A DNA stretch of 64,000 nucleotides from Octopus sinensis (GCF_006345805.1 NC_042997.1:152830001-152894000), one strand, 5' to 3'. Positions 39,198 to 53,690 are shown, numbered from the stretch's first letter. The notes: a model not told the origin generated them from the sequence alone. Numbers and translations are program-made.

Positions 39198-39415
39198 TTC
39201 TTTTCTACTCTAGGCACAAGGCCCGAAATTTTTGGGGAGGGGTCAGTCGATTAGATCGAGCCTAGTACTCAACTGATACTTAATTTATCGACTACGAAAG
39301 GATGAAAACAAAGTCAACCTCGGCGGAATTTGAATTCAGATCGTGAAGACGGGCGAAATATGGCTAAGCATTTCACATGGCGTGGTAAAGATTCTGCCAG
39401 CTCAACGCCTTCAGT
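38305..39415 (-). mobile_element. Cluster of five co-oriented SINE family A copies separated by (AAT)n
   Basis: About 38305-38470, 38471-38702 (tailed), 38770-38985, 39005-39145, 39197-39412. Confidence 0.87.
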
Positions 39416-39520
39416 AATAATAATAATAATCTTTTGTGCTATAGGCACAAAGCCTGAAATTTGCCAACTCACAGCCTCAATAATAACAATAACAACAACA
39501 ACAATAATAATAATAATAAC

Positions 39521-39567
<47 letters not shown>

Positions 39568-39620
39568 TAATAATAATAATAACAATAATAATAACAATAA
39601 TAATAACAATAACAATAATA

Positions 39621-41326
39621 ATAAGAAGAAGAACTGGATGCGAATATAAATGTTACGGCAAAACGATCAGCCACCTTTTATATATGGATGACCTAAAACT
39701 ATACGCTGCAAATGACAAACAGCTGGAAACACTATTAAAGACAGTTCATGGATTTACCAAAGAAATAGATATGAAATTTGGATTAGAAAAATGCGCCAAA
39801 GTAACCATGAAAAGAGGAAAACTTAGTTAAGAGTAGCAACATCACACTAGATAAAACCAATGAAATAAAAGAATTAGACCAAAGCCAAACTTACAAATAC
39901 TTAGGAATCCATGAACTAGATAAGACACAACACACACAAATGAAAGAGAAAATAAAAAAAGAATATTATAGACGAGTTAGATCAATACTAAAAACAGAGC
40001 TCAATGCTAAAAACAAGATAATAGGTATTAACACTTTAGCTGTCCCAGTTATAAGTTACAGCTACAATATCCTTAACTGGACACTAAATAAACTGACCAA
40101 AATAGATAGGAAAACAAGAAAAATAATGACAGGATCTAGGATGCATCACCAAAATCTGACATAGAAGACTATAAGACTATATATACAACGTATAGAAGGT
40201 GGTAGAGGCCTTATACAGCTGGAAAACTACTATAAAATAACCACCATAGGACTGCAAAAATATCTACTTCAGAAGGAAGGAAAACTGATACAAATAGCGA
40301 CAAAACACGAGCAAAACAAAAAACTGTTCTCAGTATTTAAGGAAGCTGACAAATACAAACAAGAAATCATACCACCTAATAAATATGAAGAACAAGAGAG
40401 AAGATGAAGAAAAACAAAAGCTATAAAACAAATGAAATCCAAACTAAAAACAGAACAGCAACGAACCATGATAAAACGATGGCAAGAAAAGCCCCTTCAT
40501 GGTAAATACTGGACTAAACTAAACGCAAAAGAAATAGACAAAGAAAAATCCCAGCAATGGTTGAGAAGCTCAGGACTCAAGCAGAGACAGAGGGATTTTT
40601 AATTGCAGCACAAGACCAAAGCCTCCCCACCAGAAATTACCAAAAACATGTAATGAAAAGAAATATAACATGTAACTGCAGAATATGTGGAGATGGACAA
40701 GAAACAATAAATCATATTATCTCTGGCTGCCCAGTCCTGGCTAAGAAGGAATATAGTCACAGACATGACAGAGTTGGAACCTACATACACTGGAAGCTAT
40801 GCCAACATTATGGAATAACAACAGAAAAAAGATGGTATAGGCACACACCAGAAAAGGTCACAGAAAACGAGAAGCACCATACTCTGGGATATGCGATACA
40901 CACAGATAGAGAAATTAAGACCAACAGACCAGATATAGTTGTCACAGATCATGAAGAAAAAAATGCTTTCTAATTGATGTATCAATACGGCAGATGACAA
41001 CGTGTCTCTAAAAGAAATGGAGAAACTTTCAAAATATGGAAATAGAGGTAACCGAATGTGGAATCTAAAAACAGAAACATTCCTATCATAGTAGGTGCAT
41101 TAGCATGATGAAAAAATATTCAGACAAATACATAACAAAAACACCAGGACTTACAAACACATATAACACAGAAAATTGCACTACTAGGCACTGCACACAT
41201 CCTACGCAGAACACTTTCCATACAATAACCATCAGAGCATCACAACAAATCACAGCACATACCTAAGGCACACAGAGCTGCGCTCGGTAGTGAAGTGAAA
41301 GCACGCTATAAAAATAAAACTACTGC
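39621..41326 (+). pseudogene. R4/Dong-clade retrotransposon, 5'-truncated (lineage A, copy 1)
   Basis: HLLYMDDLKLY RT motif, YKYLG, GGRGL, KPLHG, AAQDQSL, CCHC knuckle CRICGDGQETINHIISGC, RPDIVV/IDVS endonuclease; (AAT)n on both sides. Confidence 0.93.
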
Positions 41327-41369
<43 letters not shown>

Positions 41370-41514
41370 TAATAATAACAATAATAATAATGATAATAAT
41401 AATGATAATAATAATGATAATAATAATGACAATAAAAATAATAATAATAATAATAATAACAATAATAATAATAATAACAATAATAATAACAATAATAATA
41501 ACAATAACAATAAT

Positions 41515-43223
41515 ATAAGAAGAAGAACTGGATGCGAATATAAATGTTACGGCAAAACGATCAGCCACCTTTTATATATGGATGACCTAAAACTATACGC
41601 TGCAAATGACAAACAGCTGGAAACACTATTAAAGACAGTTCATGGATTTACCAAAGAAATAGATATGAAATTTGGATTAGAAAAATGCGCCAAAGTAACC
41701 ATGAAAAGAGGAAAACTTAGTTAAGAGTAGCAACATCACACTAGATAAAACCAATGAAATAAAAGAATTAGACCAAAGCCAAACTTACAAATACTTAGGA
41801 ATCCATGAACTAGATAAGACACAACACACACAAATGAAAGAGAAAATAAAAAAAGAATATTATAGACGAGTTAGATCAATACTAAAAACAGAGCTCAATG
41901 CTAAAAACAAGATAATAGGTATTAACACTTTAGCTGTCCCAGTTATAAGTTACAGCTACAATATCCTTAACTGGACACTAAATAAACTGACCAAAATAGA
42001 TAGGAAAACAAGAAAAATAATGACAGGATCTAGGATGCATCACCCAAAATCTGACATAGAAAGACTATATATACAACGTATAGAAGGTGGTAGAGGCCTT
42101 ATACAGCTGGAAAACTACTATAAAATAACCACCATAGGACTGCAAAAATATCTACTTCAGAAGGAAGGAAAACTGATACAAATAGCGACAAAACACGAGC
42201 AAAACAAAAAACTGTTCTCAGTATTTAAGGAAGCTGACAAATACAAACAAGAAATCATACCACCTAATAAATATGAAGAACAAGAAGAAGAAGATGAAGA
42301 AACAACAAAAGCTATAAAACAAATGAAATCCAAACTAAAAACAGAACAGCAACGAACCATGATAAAACGATGGCAAGAAAAGCCCCTTCATGGTAAATAC
42401 TGGACTAAACTAAACGCAAAAGAAATAGACAAAGAAAAATCCCAGCAATGGTTGAGAAGCTCAGGACTCAAAGCAGAGACAGAGGGATTTTTAATTGCAG
42501 CACAAGACCAAAGCCTCCCCACCAGAAATTACCAAAAATGTAATGAAAAGAAATATAACATGTAACTGCAGAATATGTGGAGATGGACAAGAAACAATAA
42601 ATCATATTATCTCTGGCTGCCCAGTCCTGGCTAAGAAGGAATATAGTCACAGACATGACAGAGTTGGAACCTACATACACTGGAAGCTATGCCAACATTA
42701 TGGAATAACAACAGAAAAAAGATGGTATAGGCACACACCAGAAAAGGTCACAGAAAACGAGAAAGCAACCATACTCTGGGATATGCCGATACACACAGAT
42801 AGAGAAATTAAGACCAACAGACCAGATATAGTTGTCACAGATCATGAAGAAAAAAATGCTTTCTAATTGATGTATCAATACCGGCAGATGACAACGTGTC
42901 TCTAAAAGAAATGGAGAAACTTTCAAAATATGGAAATAGAGGTAACCAGAATGTGGAATCTAAAAACAGAAACAATTCCTATCATAGTAGGTGCATTAGG
43001 CATGATGAAAAAATATTCAGACAAATACATAACAAAAACACCAGGACTTACAAACACATATAACACAGAAAATTGCACTACTAGGCACTGCACACATCCT
43101 ACGCAGAACACTTTCCATACAATAACCATCAGAGCATCACAACAAATCACAGCACATACCTAAGGCACACAGAGCTGCGCTCGGTAGTGAAGTGAAAGCA
43201 CGCTATAAAAATAAAACTACTGC
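41515..43223 (+). pseudogene. R4/Dong-clade retrotransposon, 5'-truncated (lineage A, copy 2; tandem duplicate)
   Basis: Same start, end and disablements as copy 1; longest open stretch is ORF 41834-42565. Confidence 0.93.
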
Positions 43224-43333
<110 letters not shown>

Positions 43334-43353
43334 TAATAATAATAATAATAATA

Positions 43354-43403
<50 letters not shown>

Positions 43404-44889
43404 AATAATAATGACAATAATAATAACAATAATGGTAACAATAATGATTTTGAATATAACGATGGGCCACAAATTTAAGGGTATATTTATAGACCAATGG
43501 ATCTCAAGAGTTTGTGCATAGAAGGCTGCATTTGATCTTTTGACTATCATTAAGACCTCCACTGAATCTACATTACAGTTATATCATGCAACATATGCAT
43601 AATACTTTAGGCAATTTCATTTTAAGGAAAAACTTTAATTTTTAGCCAACTCCTTCAAAGATGCGTTACAACTGTGCAGCAAGATTTACAACTCTACACA
43701 CACTCAAAATTTAATCCTTCCAGGCACAGCCCACTTTCTGCACAAAAGACTTTCAATTAAATGTACACTTTTTGCTTAATTCACACAACACATATTCTAT
43801 ACGATAATCAAATAATGCATTAATATAATAAAATATATATGCCGATAGCCACAGCTAATCAACTGACCACGGTGGTGCATCATTCAAGCGGTACTTAACT
43901 AGTATTAACAGGTGGGACTACAACTAAGATAGTTGATGAGACTTCATCCATCAATGGGCGACTGGGTAGTTATGGCACATATTGCACAATACATATTTAA
44001 TGATAGCACAACTCTACCAATATTCCGTAGACGCTTGGAGTATAGAGATAAAGAGGTTAGATATATGCAAAATGTATTTTTAGCCACTTTTGTGTTTAAT
44101 TTTATATTTATAATTTTACTATTCTGGTCCGACATATTTCTTAAATTTGGAAATTCCTGGCACCCGTTATTTTTGGTATAGAGGCTTCAGACGAGGAGTG
44201 CATTACAAAAGCAGGTTTCAATTGGGGAGGGTGTGTGCTTTATATAAAATCGGGTGAGGAAAAAAAAATATCGTCAAAGATTATCTGTAAAATAATGGTC
44301 TCCTGATCGATTTATAACACTAACAGAAAGAAAAAAATGGTGAAACTGTAATAACTGAAAACAAAAGTAATGACTATAATAATAGGTATACTAGAAATAG
44401 TTAAACAGCTACAGCGATAGAGACAAATACATAACCGAAGTTCTAAGACTGACACATACACATTATTCAGATAATATTATTACAAGCACATCAGACAAAA
44501 AATCGAATGAGAGACAAATGAAGGCAAGAGTATTGTTATTTCGAATGAGCCAGCAATGAGAAAATCGGAAGCTTGAATGACCAGATCTCCGATCTCAGAA
44601 GGTGATCGGGTTGAAAGATCAGACGCATAAGTTTGGAAATTTCATGGGTAAAATAAAAGTAGAAGCAAATAAAAAACGATATTAAAAGACATGTTTACAG
44701 GTTTAAAATGAAAATAACCGAAAAACATATCATAATATACTGCCTTAAAATTAATAATAAGTGCATTGCAGATATCAGAAACAAGAGAAAATATAGAATA
44801 TTTATCGACTATTTCTATTTTTTATATTTTCCTATTATTAGCTATTTTATTCTTTTCTTTCAATTCAACCATAAAGACATGGAACGAAT

Positions 44890-45145
44890 TTTGAAACATC
44901 GAAACTAAGGTCCGGCATTATTCTTTTTTATTCATGTCTTCAAATTTTAGTACAAGCCATCAAGTTCTGCAGATGGAATAAGTCGATTGCATCGACCCAA
45001 GTACTCAGCTGGTTTTTACTTTATCGACCTAGAAAGTAGGAAAGGCAAAGTCGACCTCGGCGGAATTTAAATCCAGACGTATAGGCGGACGAAATACCAC
45101 TAAGTATTTTCCCAACGTGTTACCGATTCTATCAGCTCACAACCT
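44890..45145 (-). mobile_element. SINE family A
   Basis: AAGGCAAAGTCGACCTCGGCGGAATTT on the + strand. Confidence 0.82.
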
Positions 45146-46044
45146 TTACGCCACGTAACATCAATATTCAAACTTCGACATTTTAAAATTTAGCATTCGG
45201 TTTTCTGATATTTTTGCCTTTCAAGCTCTCGATATTCTGAAATTTCGGTCAATTGAAATTCGCCCTCAACGCGATGAGTTTTCATGCATTTGGCCGTCTA
45301 TCGTTTGTTCTGTCGGTACAGGACCTAAAGTACTATTAATACAATAGACAGGTGTAAAACCAACAACAGAATACTCCACGCAAAGCTCACACGGCTGTGA
45401 CTGACTTCAATGTGGACGCATACAATGGATATAAGGATATTGAATAATAAGAGCTATCATCAGCAACTTCATTATCATTAAACACTTCACCGCCGTTCAC
45501 TTTAACAGCAATATATTTCAGATGCCTGATAGAACTGAAGACATATTTTTGCACTTAGACTGTTTCACTACAAGACATTTGGAACCTCTACTAGACAAGA
45601 CAAAATAATTATAGTATCAATGACTTCTTTTGTATATATTTGTATTCATACACACACACAAACTCACACACTCACACCCACACACATATATGCACTCACA
45701 GACATATACACAGAGAAGTAAAGATTTACGTATATACGCGTGTATTTGTCTTTTTCCTTCTGTCTTTATTTTCCCCTCCCCTCTCTTGTTCTCTCTCCCT
45801 CCCTCCTTCTCTCTTTCTCTCTCTCTCTCTCTATGTATGTGTGTACGTAAGACAATATAAACACCTTTAACGTAGTCCATTGGACTGAGTTATATATGCC
45901 CCTATCTTATTCCTGGCTTTAGAAATGTAGTGAACCAGCACTGATCCGTTGGAATCTCATAACCAACGGCGCTCTTGTTAAGAAAATTACATACATGTAT
46001 ATAAATATATATGTATAAATATATGCATATGTATATGCATATAT

Positions 46045-46108
<64 letters not shown>

Positions 46109-46291
46109 TATATGTATATATATGTATATGTATATATATGTATATGTATATATATGTATATGTATATATATATGTATATGTATATATATATGTATATGTA
46201 TATATATATATGTATGTATATGTATATATATATATAATATATATATATATATACGTATATGTATATATAAATGTATATATACATGTATATG

Positions 46292-46325
<34 letters not shown>

Positions 46326-47286
46326 ATATATATTTGTATATATATATATATTGATTTCTTGATTGATAGAAGTGCCGTATTCGTTGAAAGAAATGCGATG
46401 CATAGTCAACTGAGACAACCGAGTAAATACTAGATAATTATTTTATCGACAAATTCGATAAAAGACAAATTCAATCCATGTAGGATTAAACCTCAGAAGA
46501 TAAAAGGACGTAACAAAATACTGTATTATATTTTTATAACATAAATATTCACGTGGTAAATGTGACATTATACCGTATTTATTTCTATTATTTAATAAGC
46601 AGAACACATTCTGAGGTGTTTTTCCTTCACCCATCTTGTTGACATTCACAGTCCACATAACGTCTCTCTTTTTTTCCAATATACTTCCTCATTCTTCTTC
46701 TATCTCTCTTCTTGCCTATATCTATCTTTATCGCCTCCCATCTTCCTCTCTACTTCACTGCAATAAGCTGGTTATCACAGGAGGCAATCAATATACGGCA
46801 ACCGAGGTATTAGATGTTGATGCAGCGTGGCAGTGGTTCAGGGAATTTGAGCTATGAGTGAAATAGTGCTGCCAGGATTTCTGTTAGCTGGGTCTCAGTT
46901 GGTGTGGGGGACGGGGGTTATCAACCTCGGCTAGAACACCACGGCGCAGGGTTATCATTGCTGAACGACTAGAAACACTCAGAGACCACGGGTAACATCG
47001 CTGATGATGTGTCTAGGTGCACACAAGCTAATGCTTCTGAATATGCAACCGTTTCTCTCTGTGTATGCGTGTGTGTTTGTGAGCGCAAGTGCGCACGCGT
47101 GTAAGAGTGAATAATTTGGTTGAGCAGAGAATATAAATAACACTCAATATATAAATAAATCGTTATCACATCACAAACTACTTTCTGTCATTTAGGTACT
47201 CTATATATATGATGCGTGTGTAACGAACTTCGAGAGTGTGAATATCTTCTCTTGTACTTTCGGTGTACAAGAAAGCAATCACTCAC

Positions 47287-47820
47287 TAGCCGTTGCTTTA
47301 ATAATCCAGAATTTTACTAGTCAGAAACAACAAGACGCAGACGTAAAATATATATATACTACTTTATTCTCTTTCTTGGTAACAATAACAATAAGTAGTT
47401 ATCTGATGTCCTTGGTTCGGGGCGCGCAAGGCTGAAAGTTAATCGATTGTAATATTTACAATATTCAGCCGCCAAAACCAGAACGGGTTCAAGATGGCGT
47501 CGAACAATGGAGACGATGTTGGTCTGCAACAATTTGGTTAAAGGCCTTTTGGTAAGGACTGCTAGAAGCAAGTTCGAACGGAGAGAAAATATGCGTGACC
47601 GCCGCCTTCAATCGCTGCCGTCCCAAGTCGCCGCTGCTGCTGCTAGCGGTCAACGTTCTACGCCCCCCCCCCTGCCTCGCTAACTACCACTTAGGCAAAA
47701 GGGTCGTGCTTCCGGTGGTTCGCGCATGCGCGAGAGGGCCCTTCCTTTCTGTGCCTTGGTGAAGGCACCAACACTCGCACGCGCCAAATAGAAAGTGGAC
47801 GGTGCGCGCGCGCACCGTTA
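47287..47820 (-). promoter_or_regulatory. CpG-island promoter and probable non-coding first exon
   Basis: Only CpG/GC-rich non-repeat island in the window; ETS CTTCCGG 47709-47715, NRF1 GCGCATGCGC 47722-47731, YY1 CAAGATGGCG 47490-47499; no ATG found on the minus strand in 47192-47724; minus-strand donor CTA|GTGAGT at 47287/47286. Confidence 0.65.
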
Positions 47821-47854
47821 TAGAATCACTACACGTGTGTTTTGTATATATATG

Positions 47855-47931
47855 TGTAGGAGTGGCTGTGTGGTAAAAAGCTTGCTTACCAACCATATGG
47901 ATTCGGGTTTAGTCCCCCTACGGAGCAGATT

Positions 47932-48000
<69 letters not shown>

Positions 48001-48175
48001 CACTGTCACTTGACAACCGATGTTAGTGTGTTTATGTGCCCGTAACTTGGCGGTTCGGCAAAAGAGACCGATAGAATAAGTACTAGGCTTACAAAGAATA
48101 AGTCCTGACGTCGATTTGTTCGATTGAAGGCGGTGCTCCAGCCAGCTTGGCTGCAGTCAAATAACTAATACAAAT
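47855..48175 (+). mobile_element. SINE family B, internally deleted
   Basis: Head and 3' block present, CORE-like segment missing. Confidence 0.85.
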
Positions 48176-51100
48176 AAAAGTATATTTATATAAATTTATA
48201 TAAGAATATATATCCTTTGAATTTGTTTACGCGAAACGTTTTGAATATGCAAATAAAGCTCCTATTGCATTATGCTGGTTACAGCCTAATGATGCTGACT
48301 GGTGAACCAGTTTTGGAGGTTGCAGCGAGCTGTACCGATATAATGCAGGATAAATATAGTAATAATAACGATAATCCTTGGATGGAATATATAAACACTC
48401 ACTGCATCACAACGCGCGTTTTCACAAGTCACGTGGATCTTAAGATGACAGTCCGTATACCTGGGATGATAACCGTGTAGTCCTTAGTACCCGTAGGCAT
48501 CCGATTGATCACCTTTATGGATTCATTTCTTCAGGCGATATATCTTTAATGGATGTTTACCAGAGGGATGTAATCATCTCAGGAATACGAACTGTGATCT
48601 TAAGAGACGTGATTTGTGGAAACGCTCGTAATTATACATACATACTTACACACGTATATATACGCATACGTACATATATACATATATATATACATACATA
48701 CATACATTTAGATGTGTGAGTGTGCTTTTATGCCTGTATGTTAAACACTCTTAGTTTTGCCAACTGAGTATTAGAACATGCTTCGCCGAGGGGATCTAAT
48801 AAAATTGAAACATGTCCACTGATATTACTAGCTTTATCTCTCTAGCTTTGTCTTTAGCGTTTAAACATCCGTACAGATAGGTTTTTTTGACTAATTTCAT
48901 GGATAATATCAGATCGTCGAAGTTTTCCAACTTATTTTATCATAGATATCCGGGCTTTCTTTATATTGATTCCAGATTTAGCAACAGAATGAAACTTTCG
49001 ACGTGAGGGGTATTACCGACAATAGTAATCCAAGTAGACTTGGATTAATATTATCCACTTTGAAAGGGTAAAAAATATTTTTGATCCACGCAGGTTTACG
49101 CAAGTAAAGTAGTTCAACTCTTGCTTTTTTTGTTATCCCTTTATAAAAGCTTCTCTATTTTAGAAAGTGAGAGAGGGGAGAGAGAGAGAAAACGTATATG
49201 TGTTGGTGCTTGCGTGTATGGGTACATGTGTGTTGTGTTGGCAATAATATAAAGTATTACACATAGATATTATTGATATAAAAGCAATTTACTCTCACTG
49301 TTGTTGTGTAGCATCTATCATCGGAAGCCAACAGTTAGGCAAGGACTTAGTGTACCATATACAATGCTAGCCTTCTACAACTTGACACAGATCGGCAGTT
49401 GGGTAAATTTCCCCCAGTACTTGACATGCACTATAACTTGTCGACTCCGTAGAGATGTAAGTCTAAATTAATCTCAGAGACGTTTCAACTTAGAACACTA
49501 AAGACCTGCAACAAATAGCATTTCTTCGATGTTCAGATAGCATTTGTTCTGAAAATTAGCATCTGTTCGAGGAATTTTATTCCACATTCTAACAAATCTG
49601 TCAGCTCATCTGCTTGTAAACTGGTGTAAATGTATAGTAACAATTATTTCTTAGTTACCAGACCTCACTATTTGACCTTTTAATACACCTACCTGTTGTG
49701 TGGTAGAGTGTGTTTGAATCGCTTCTTGTGTTTAAAGCATGAGGAGTCAGTGGAACAGTGTTATACTTGTTCGGCCAATGTAACACTTAGAACCATGAAG
49801 TTAACAGCCTTCATATCTGCTATAACACTTGCATTATATACTTCAAAGTCATAAAAAGTTTCCGTGATGTCGAACTCATAGAATTATCAACACAATTTTC
49901 TTCAAACGACACGCTTACCGTCTTATAGAAAGATGAGATATAATAAGATAATGTAGTCCTTTGGACGCAATGCATTTTATTATAAATCTACTTAATTAAA
50001 ATTGACGTAGGATCCAACACTATCACTACCATCAATGGTAGGGAGTCTGTATGCGGTCATAATAGCAAATCTCATTCGAACTAGACATCGCCATCTTAAA
50101 AATTTTATTGAATAATGTAGAGTTGAACAAGGAAATTGTGGACACAGCCAGAACATTTATCACATGTATGTCACTTCTATAGGAACTACCGGAAGCTAAG
50201 TAATATATCTCTGTTTTTGTTCTCCTCACTTGGTCATATAATCTCAGTTAAATGAAGTTTTTCAACTCACTTTAACACTTAAGTGAAATTCTGCTGTAGA
50301 TGTATTCAATATGCACAACGCTTTTCCGAGAAATTTTCCTACAATCATATTGTTGTTTTTGATATTCAGCGTCAGTACATTCCTTTTATTTCTCTATTTT
50401 TAAGTCTTGACAATTGAGTAGAATATGATTCCTTTGGGAAGGTCTTGCTTTCACCGGTTGGTTTAGAAAGTAGATCCTCTTCCATGCAGCATTTTAAATC
50501 TCCCAAAATTTGATCAATGGGTTTTATTAGAGTTTACTTCCTAACTTGTTTTTTCCATTTTAAACTCTATTAGAGGGAGTTTTGTCGGATAAATACATGG
50601 ATAATATGAATTAATCAATGTTTTTCAACTTACTTCATAATAGGTAGTGCCCTGTTGTATCTATATACAGCTACGTGACTTAACTGTATTTTTCCTGACC
50701 GAAAATTTTAATTATCAGTTCAGTTACATCCGAATTCTTGTATGGTATTTGCAAAACACTATTACTTATTGATAATGGTGCTATCAACATTCATTGTGCG
50801 GTTGTAATAAATTTAGTTTTGTTCCTATAGAAAAGCCTATAGTACTTTTATCTGGTTATAAAGTATTTCCTGGTTAACGCTAAGAATTTCTTAACTCTTT
50901 AAGTTTCATCATTATTACTTAAAGGCTATCATACGCTGTCTAGATCTGTTATTGCTTTTGAGTTTCTTTGTTTGCTCATACCTATGTAAAAAGTTCAATT
51001 TCGTTCAAGCTAGCTTTCGTCTAGTGCAATATAGTTATTATTGCTTGGTTGTTTGTAAGATGTTAACTATGCTATTGTCACTAATTACATTTTTCAAATT

Positions 51101-52252
51101 GTATCGCAGTCAAATTAGAAATCTTGATAATGTATATTAGCTTTGCTTCAGTGATCCACATCATTAGTATTTGATTTTTCTAACTGTAATATGTTGTCTA
51201 GGAAAATTATTGTTGAGAGGTTGGTGATAACTGTAAATTTTAGCTCGAATTCCTTTAAAAGTGATTTTTAAGTCTTTCTTATATTTATATTTTCTGTGCA
51301 CATTTACATTGTGAGAGACGTATTAGACACGTGAATTATGCATAATACTATATCTAGAATTTATTTAGTTTCTATCAATTCTAAAATAAAAATCCAATAA
51401 GTTCACGTGCCTCAGCTCTCTTACAGAAAAAGAACATACTCAAAATTGAATATGTACTTATCACTCAAAACCCATGCTCTACTGTCGTTACATCGCAAGG
51501 AATTTCGAACATACAGTATTACTTGTCATTCTTGCTACTGGTAGTACTGTATTTTGACCGGAATTCCTTTGCTTTTGGTGAGCAAATATTTGGAGGCAGA
51601 TTTTTATAGTTTTATAACATTCGTTAAAATGAACTCAAATGTGTTCTGATACTATTGCTGTTGATGTTTAGCCCAGGTCAATAAAGTTTGAGCAGGCCAA
51701 TGTATTTATCAAAGGCATCACAGCTGTCGACACATATTTTCATGGACAAATTGGACTACGCGATCTTAAATGTCATTTGTTTAGCGATGACTAGAATTGA
51801 TATGAAAGAGATTTCGTTGCTATTTCTAGCAGCTCATCCTCCCCAGCGTTTTTCAATATATATACAGATTTACTAGTAATTATTCCATTGTTATTTAGTA
51901 ATGCATGTCTTACAAATAGCAAGACACTTAAGCCTTTTATCTAATTATAGATTGCCTGATGCGTATATTTTGTCACAGTTGCAGAGTAATTTGAGATGAC
52001 AAGTTTATTTATAGGTTTGAGCGATTAAAGGTTTGAGACTTTGAGTTATGCCATTATTTACCTCAAGTATATTTATGTTTGTCAGTGAATATGTATGTTA
52101 ATGTTATGTAAATGTGTGTGTACACGCACACACACACACAACATACACACACACACACACACACACACATACAGAGAAAGGGTATTGAAGGATAGAGATA
52201 GAGATAGATAGATATGTATTTATATTTTTATGTATGAGTGTATGTATAAAAG

Positions 52253-52600
52253 CACAGGCATGGCTGTGTGGTAAGAAGCTTGCTTCCTAACCACATAGTA
52301 TTCAGTCCCACTAAGTGGCACCTTGGGCTAGTGTCTTCTACCATAGTCTCAGGCTGAATAAAGCCTTGTGATTAGTGTGTGTGTGTGTGGTGTGTGTGTG
52401 TGTGTGCCTTTCTTTGTGTCTGTGCTTATAGTTTGACAACTGATAATGGTGTGTTTACATACCCGTAACTTAGCGGTTCGGCAAAAGTGACAAATGGAGT
52501 AAGCATTAGGCTTACAAAGAATAAGTTCTGAGGTCGATTTCGTCGACAGAAAAACCCTTTGAGGTGGTGTTCCAGCATGGCCGCAAGTAAAAGAGTAAAT
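52253..52600 (+). mobile_element. SINE family B
   Basis: GGCATGGCTGTGTGG...CCTTGGGCTAGTG...CCAGCATGGCCGCAAG. Confidence 0.87.
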
Positions 52601-52759
52601 GCAAAATGAATAAACATGTATGCATATATAAATACGCGTACATAAATATACATACACATTATATGTATATGAATTTATATACACACTCATATACTTATAT
52701 ACACTCACACACACAAACACACACACGCACACACACACACGCACACACACATACACACA

Positions 52760-52825
<66 letters not shown>

Positions 52826-52827
52826 GT

Positions 52828-53020
52828 TAATCCAAACATGAAAACACAACAACGCGCGGACGTGGAACGAATATAGTATTATTGGACGCTCAGGAAGGAA
52901 GGGAAGAAGGAGGGTTTAACGTTTCGAGCGGAGCTCTTCGTTAGAAACATAGGAAAAGGAAAGATCCAGAGAAGGGAAGACGGAGGGAAAAAATCGCCAA
53001 CGGTACACACGCGGTCACAT
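52828..53020 (-). mobile_element. Short non-autonomous PLE-like repeat with hammerhead motif (family H2)
   Basis: Paralogue of 17477-17660. Confidence 0.7.
52914..52948 (-). ncRNA. Minimal hammerhead motif, G5A core (probably inactive)
   Basis: Minus strand gttt-CTAACGA-a-gagc/tcc/gctc-GAAA-cg-TT-aaac. Confidence 0.45.
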
Positions 53021-53046
53021 TTTGAAATATATATATATATAATATA

Positions 53047-53415
53047 GAGGGTGATTCAAAAGTCTCCATTCATAGCAAAAATTTATATTTTTATTAGAAA
53101 CAGTTTATAAGATCCCCTAGATTCCCTGACCTGACCCCTCTTGATTTCTATCTTTGGTGGCATTTGAGAGGCATGGTGTATCGCGGAAAGATAAAAGGCA
53201 TAAATCATTTCAAGAAACGCATCAGCAACTCATTTGCACACGTATCACCAGATGTGCTATTACGAGTTCACAATGAGTGGGATAAACGTATTGCAATGTG
53301 TATTTAAAACAATGGTAACCATATAGAGCCTGTTAAATAAAAAAACTGTTCTTATAAACTGCTTCTTATAAAAAAATAAATTGTTCCTATCTATGGCGAC
53401 TTTTGAATCACCATA
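53047..53415 (+). mobile_element. Internally deleted Tc1/mariner element retaining the transposase C-terminus
   Basis: TIR core GGTGATTCAAAAGTC / GACTTTTGAATCACC, TA flanks; translates PRFPDLTPLDFYLWWHLRGMVY...NNGNHIE. Confidence 0.85.
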
Positions 53416-53461
53416 TATATGTGTGTATGTGTGTGTGAGTGTTTGTGCGCATGTATGTATG

Positions 53462-53502
<41 letters not shown>

Positions 53503-53509
53503 TAGCCGC

Positions 53510-53690
53510 CATGACCAACCGCTAGCTAGTAAAGCTTTTTTATTCTCTGTTTATTTTTATGTTCCTTTCTGTTGAAGAGCGTAGGCTCGAAACATTAAAG
53601 ACTTTCCTACCTTCCCGAGCGTTAAACTAATACACCTGTTTGTTGTTTATACACCCATATGCGTCTTTTGTTTTATTTTTTGTAAATTCC
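53510..53690 (+). mobile_element. Short PLE-like repeat with hammerhead motif at 53565-53600 (family H3)
   Basis: cttt-CTGTTGA-a-gagc/gtag/gctc-GAAA-ca-TT-aaag; related to 63651-64000. Confidence 0.62.

Noticed and set aside
46998-47035. CTGATGA followed by a tgtgt/acaca hairpin
   Set aside because: No GAAA, stem III or cleavage triplet
47494-47541. Plus-strand ORF from the YY1/TISU-like ATG (MASNNGDDVGLQQFG)
   Set aside because: It stops before the only strong donor; kept only as part of the bidirectional-promoter alternative
48217-48480. 87-aa ORF as a host exon
   Set aside because: No recognisable motif or splice signals; its 3' part is an inverted-repeat arm
49620-52050. 2.4 kb of unique AT-rich sequence as exons
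   Set aside because: Candidate acceptor-donor pairs I checked contain stops or weak signals; nothing recognisable
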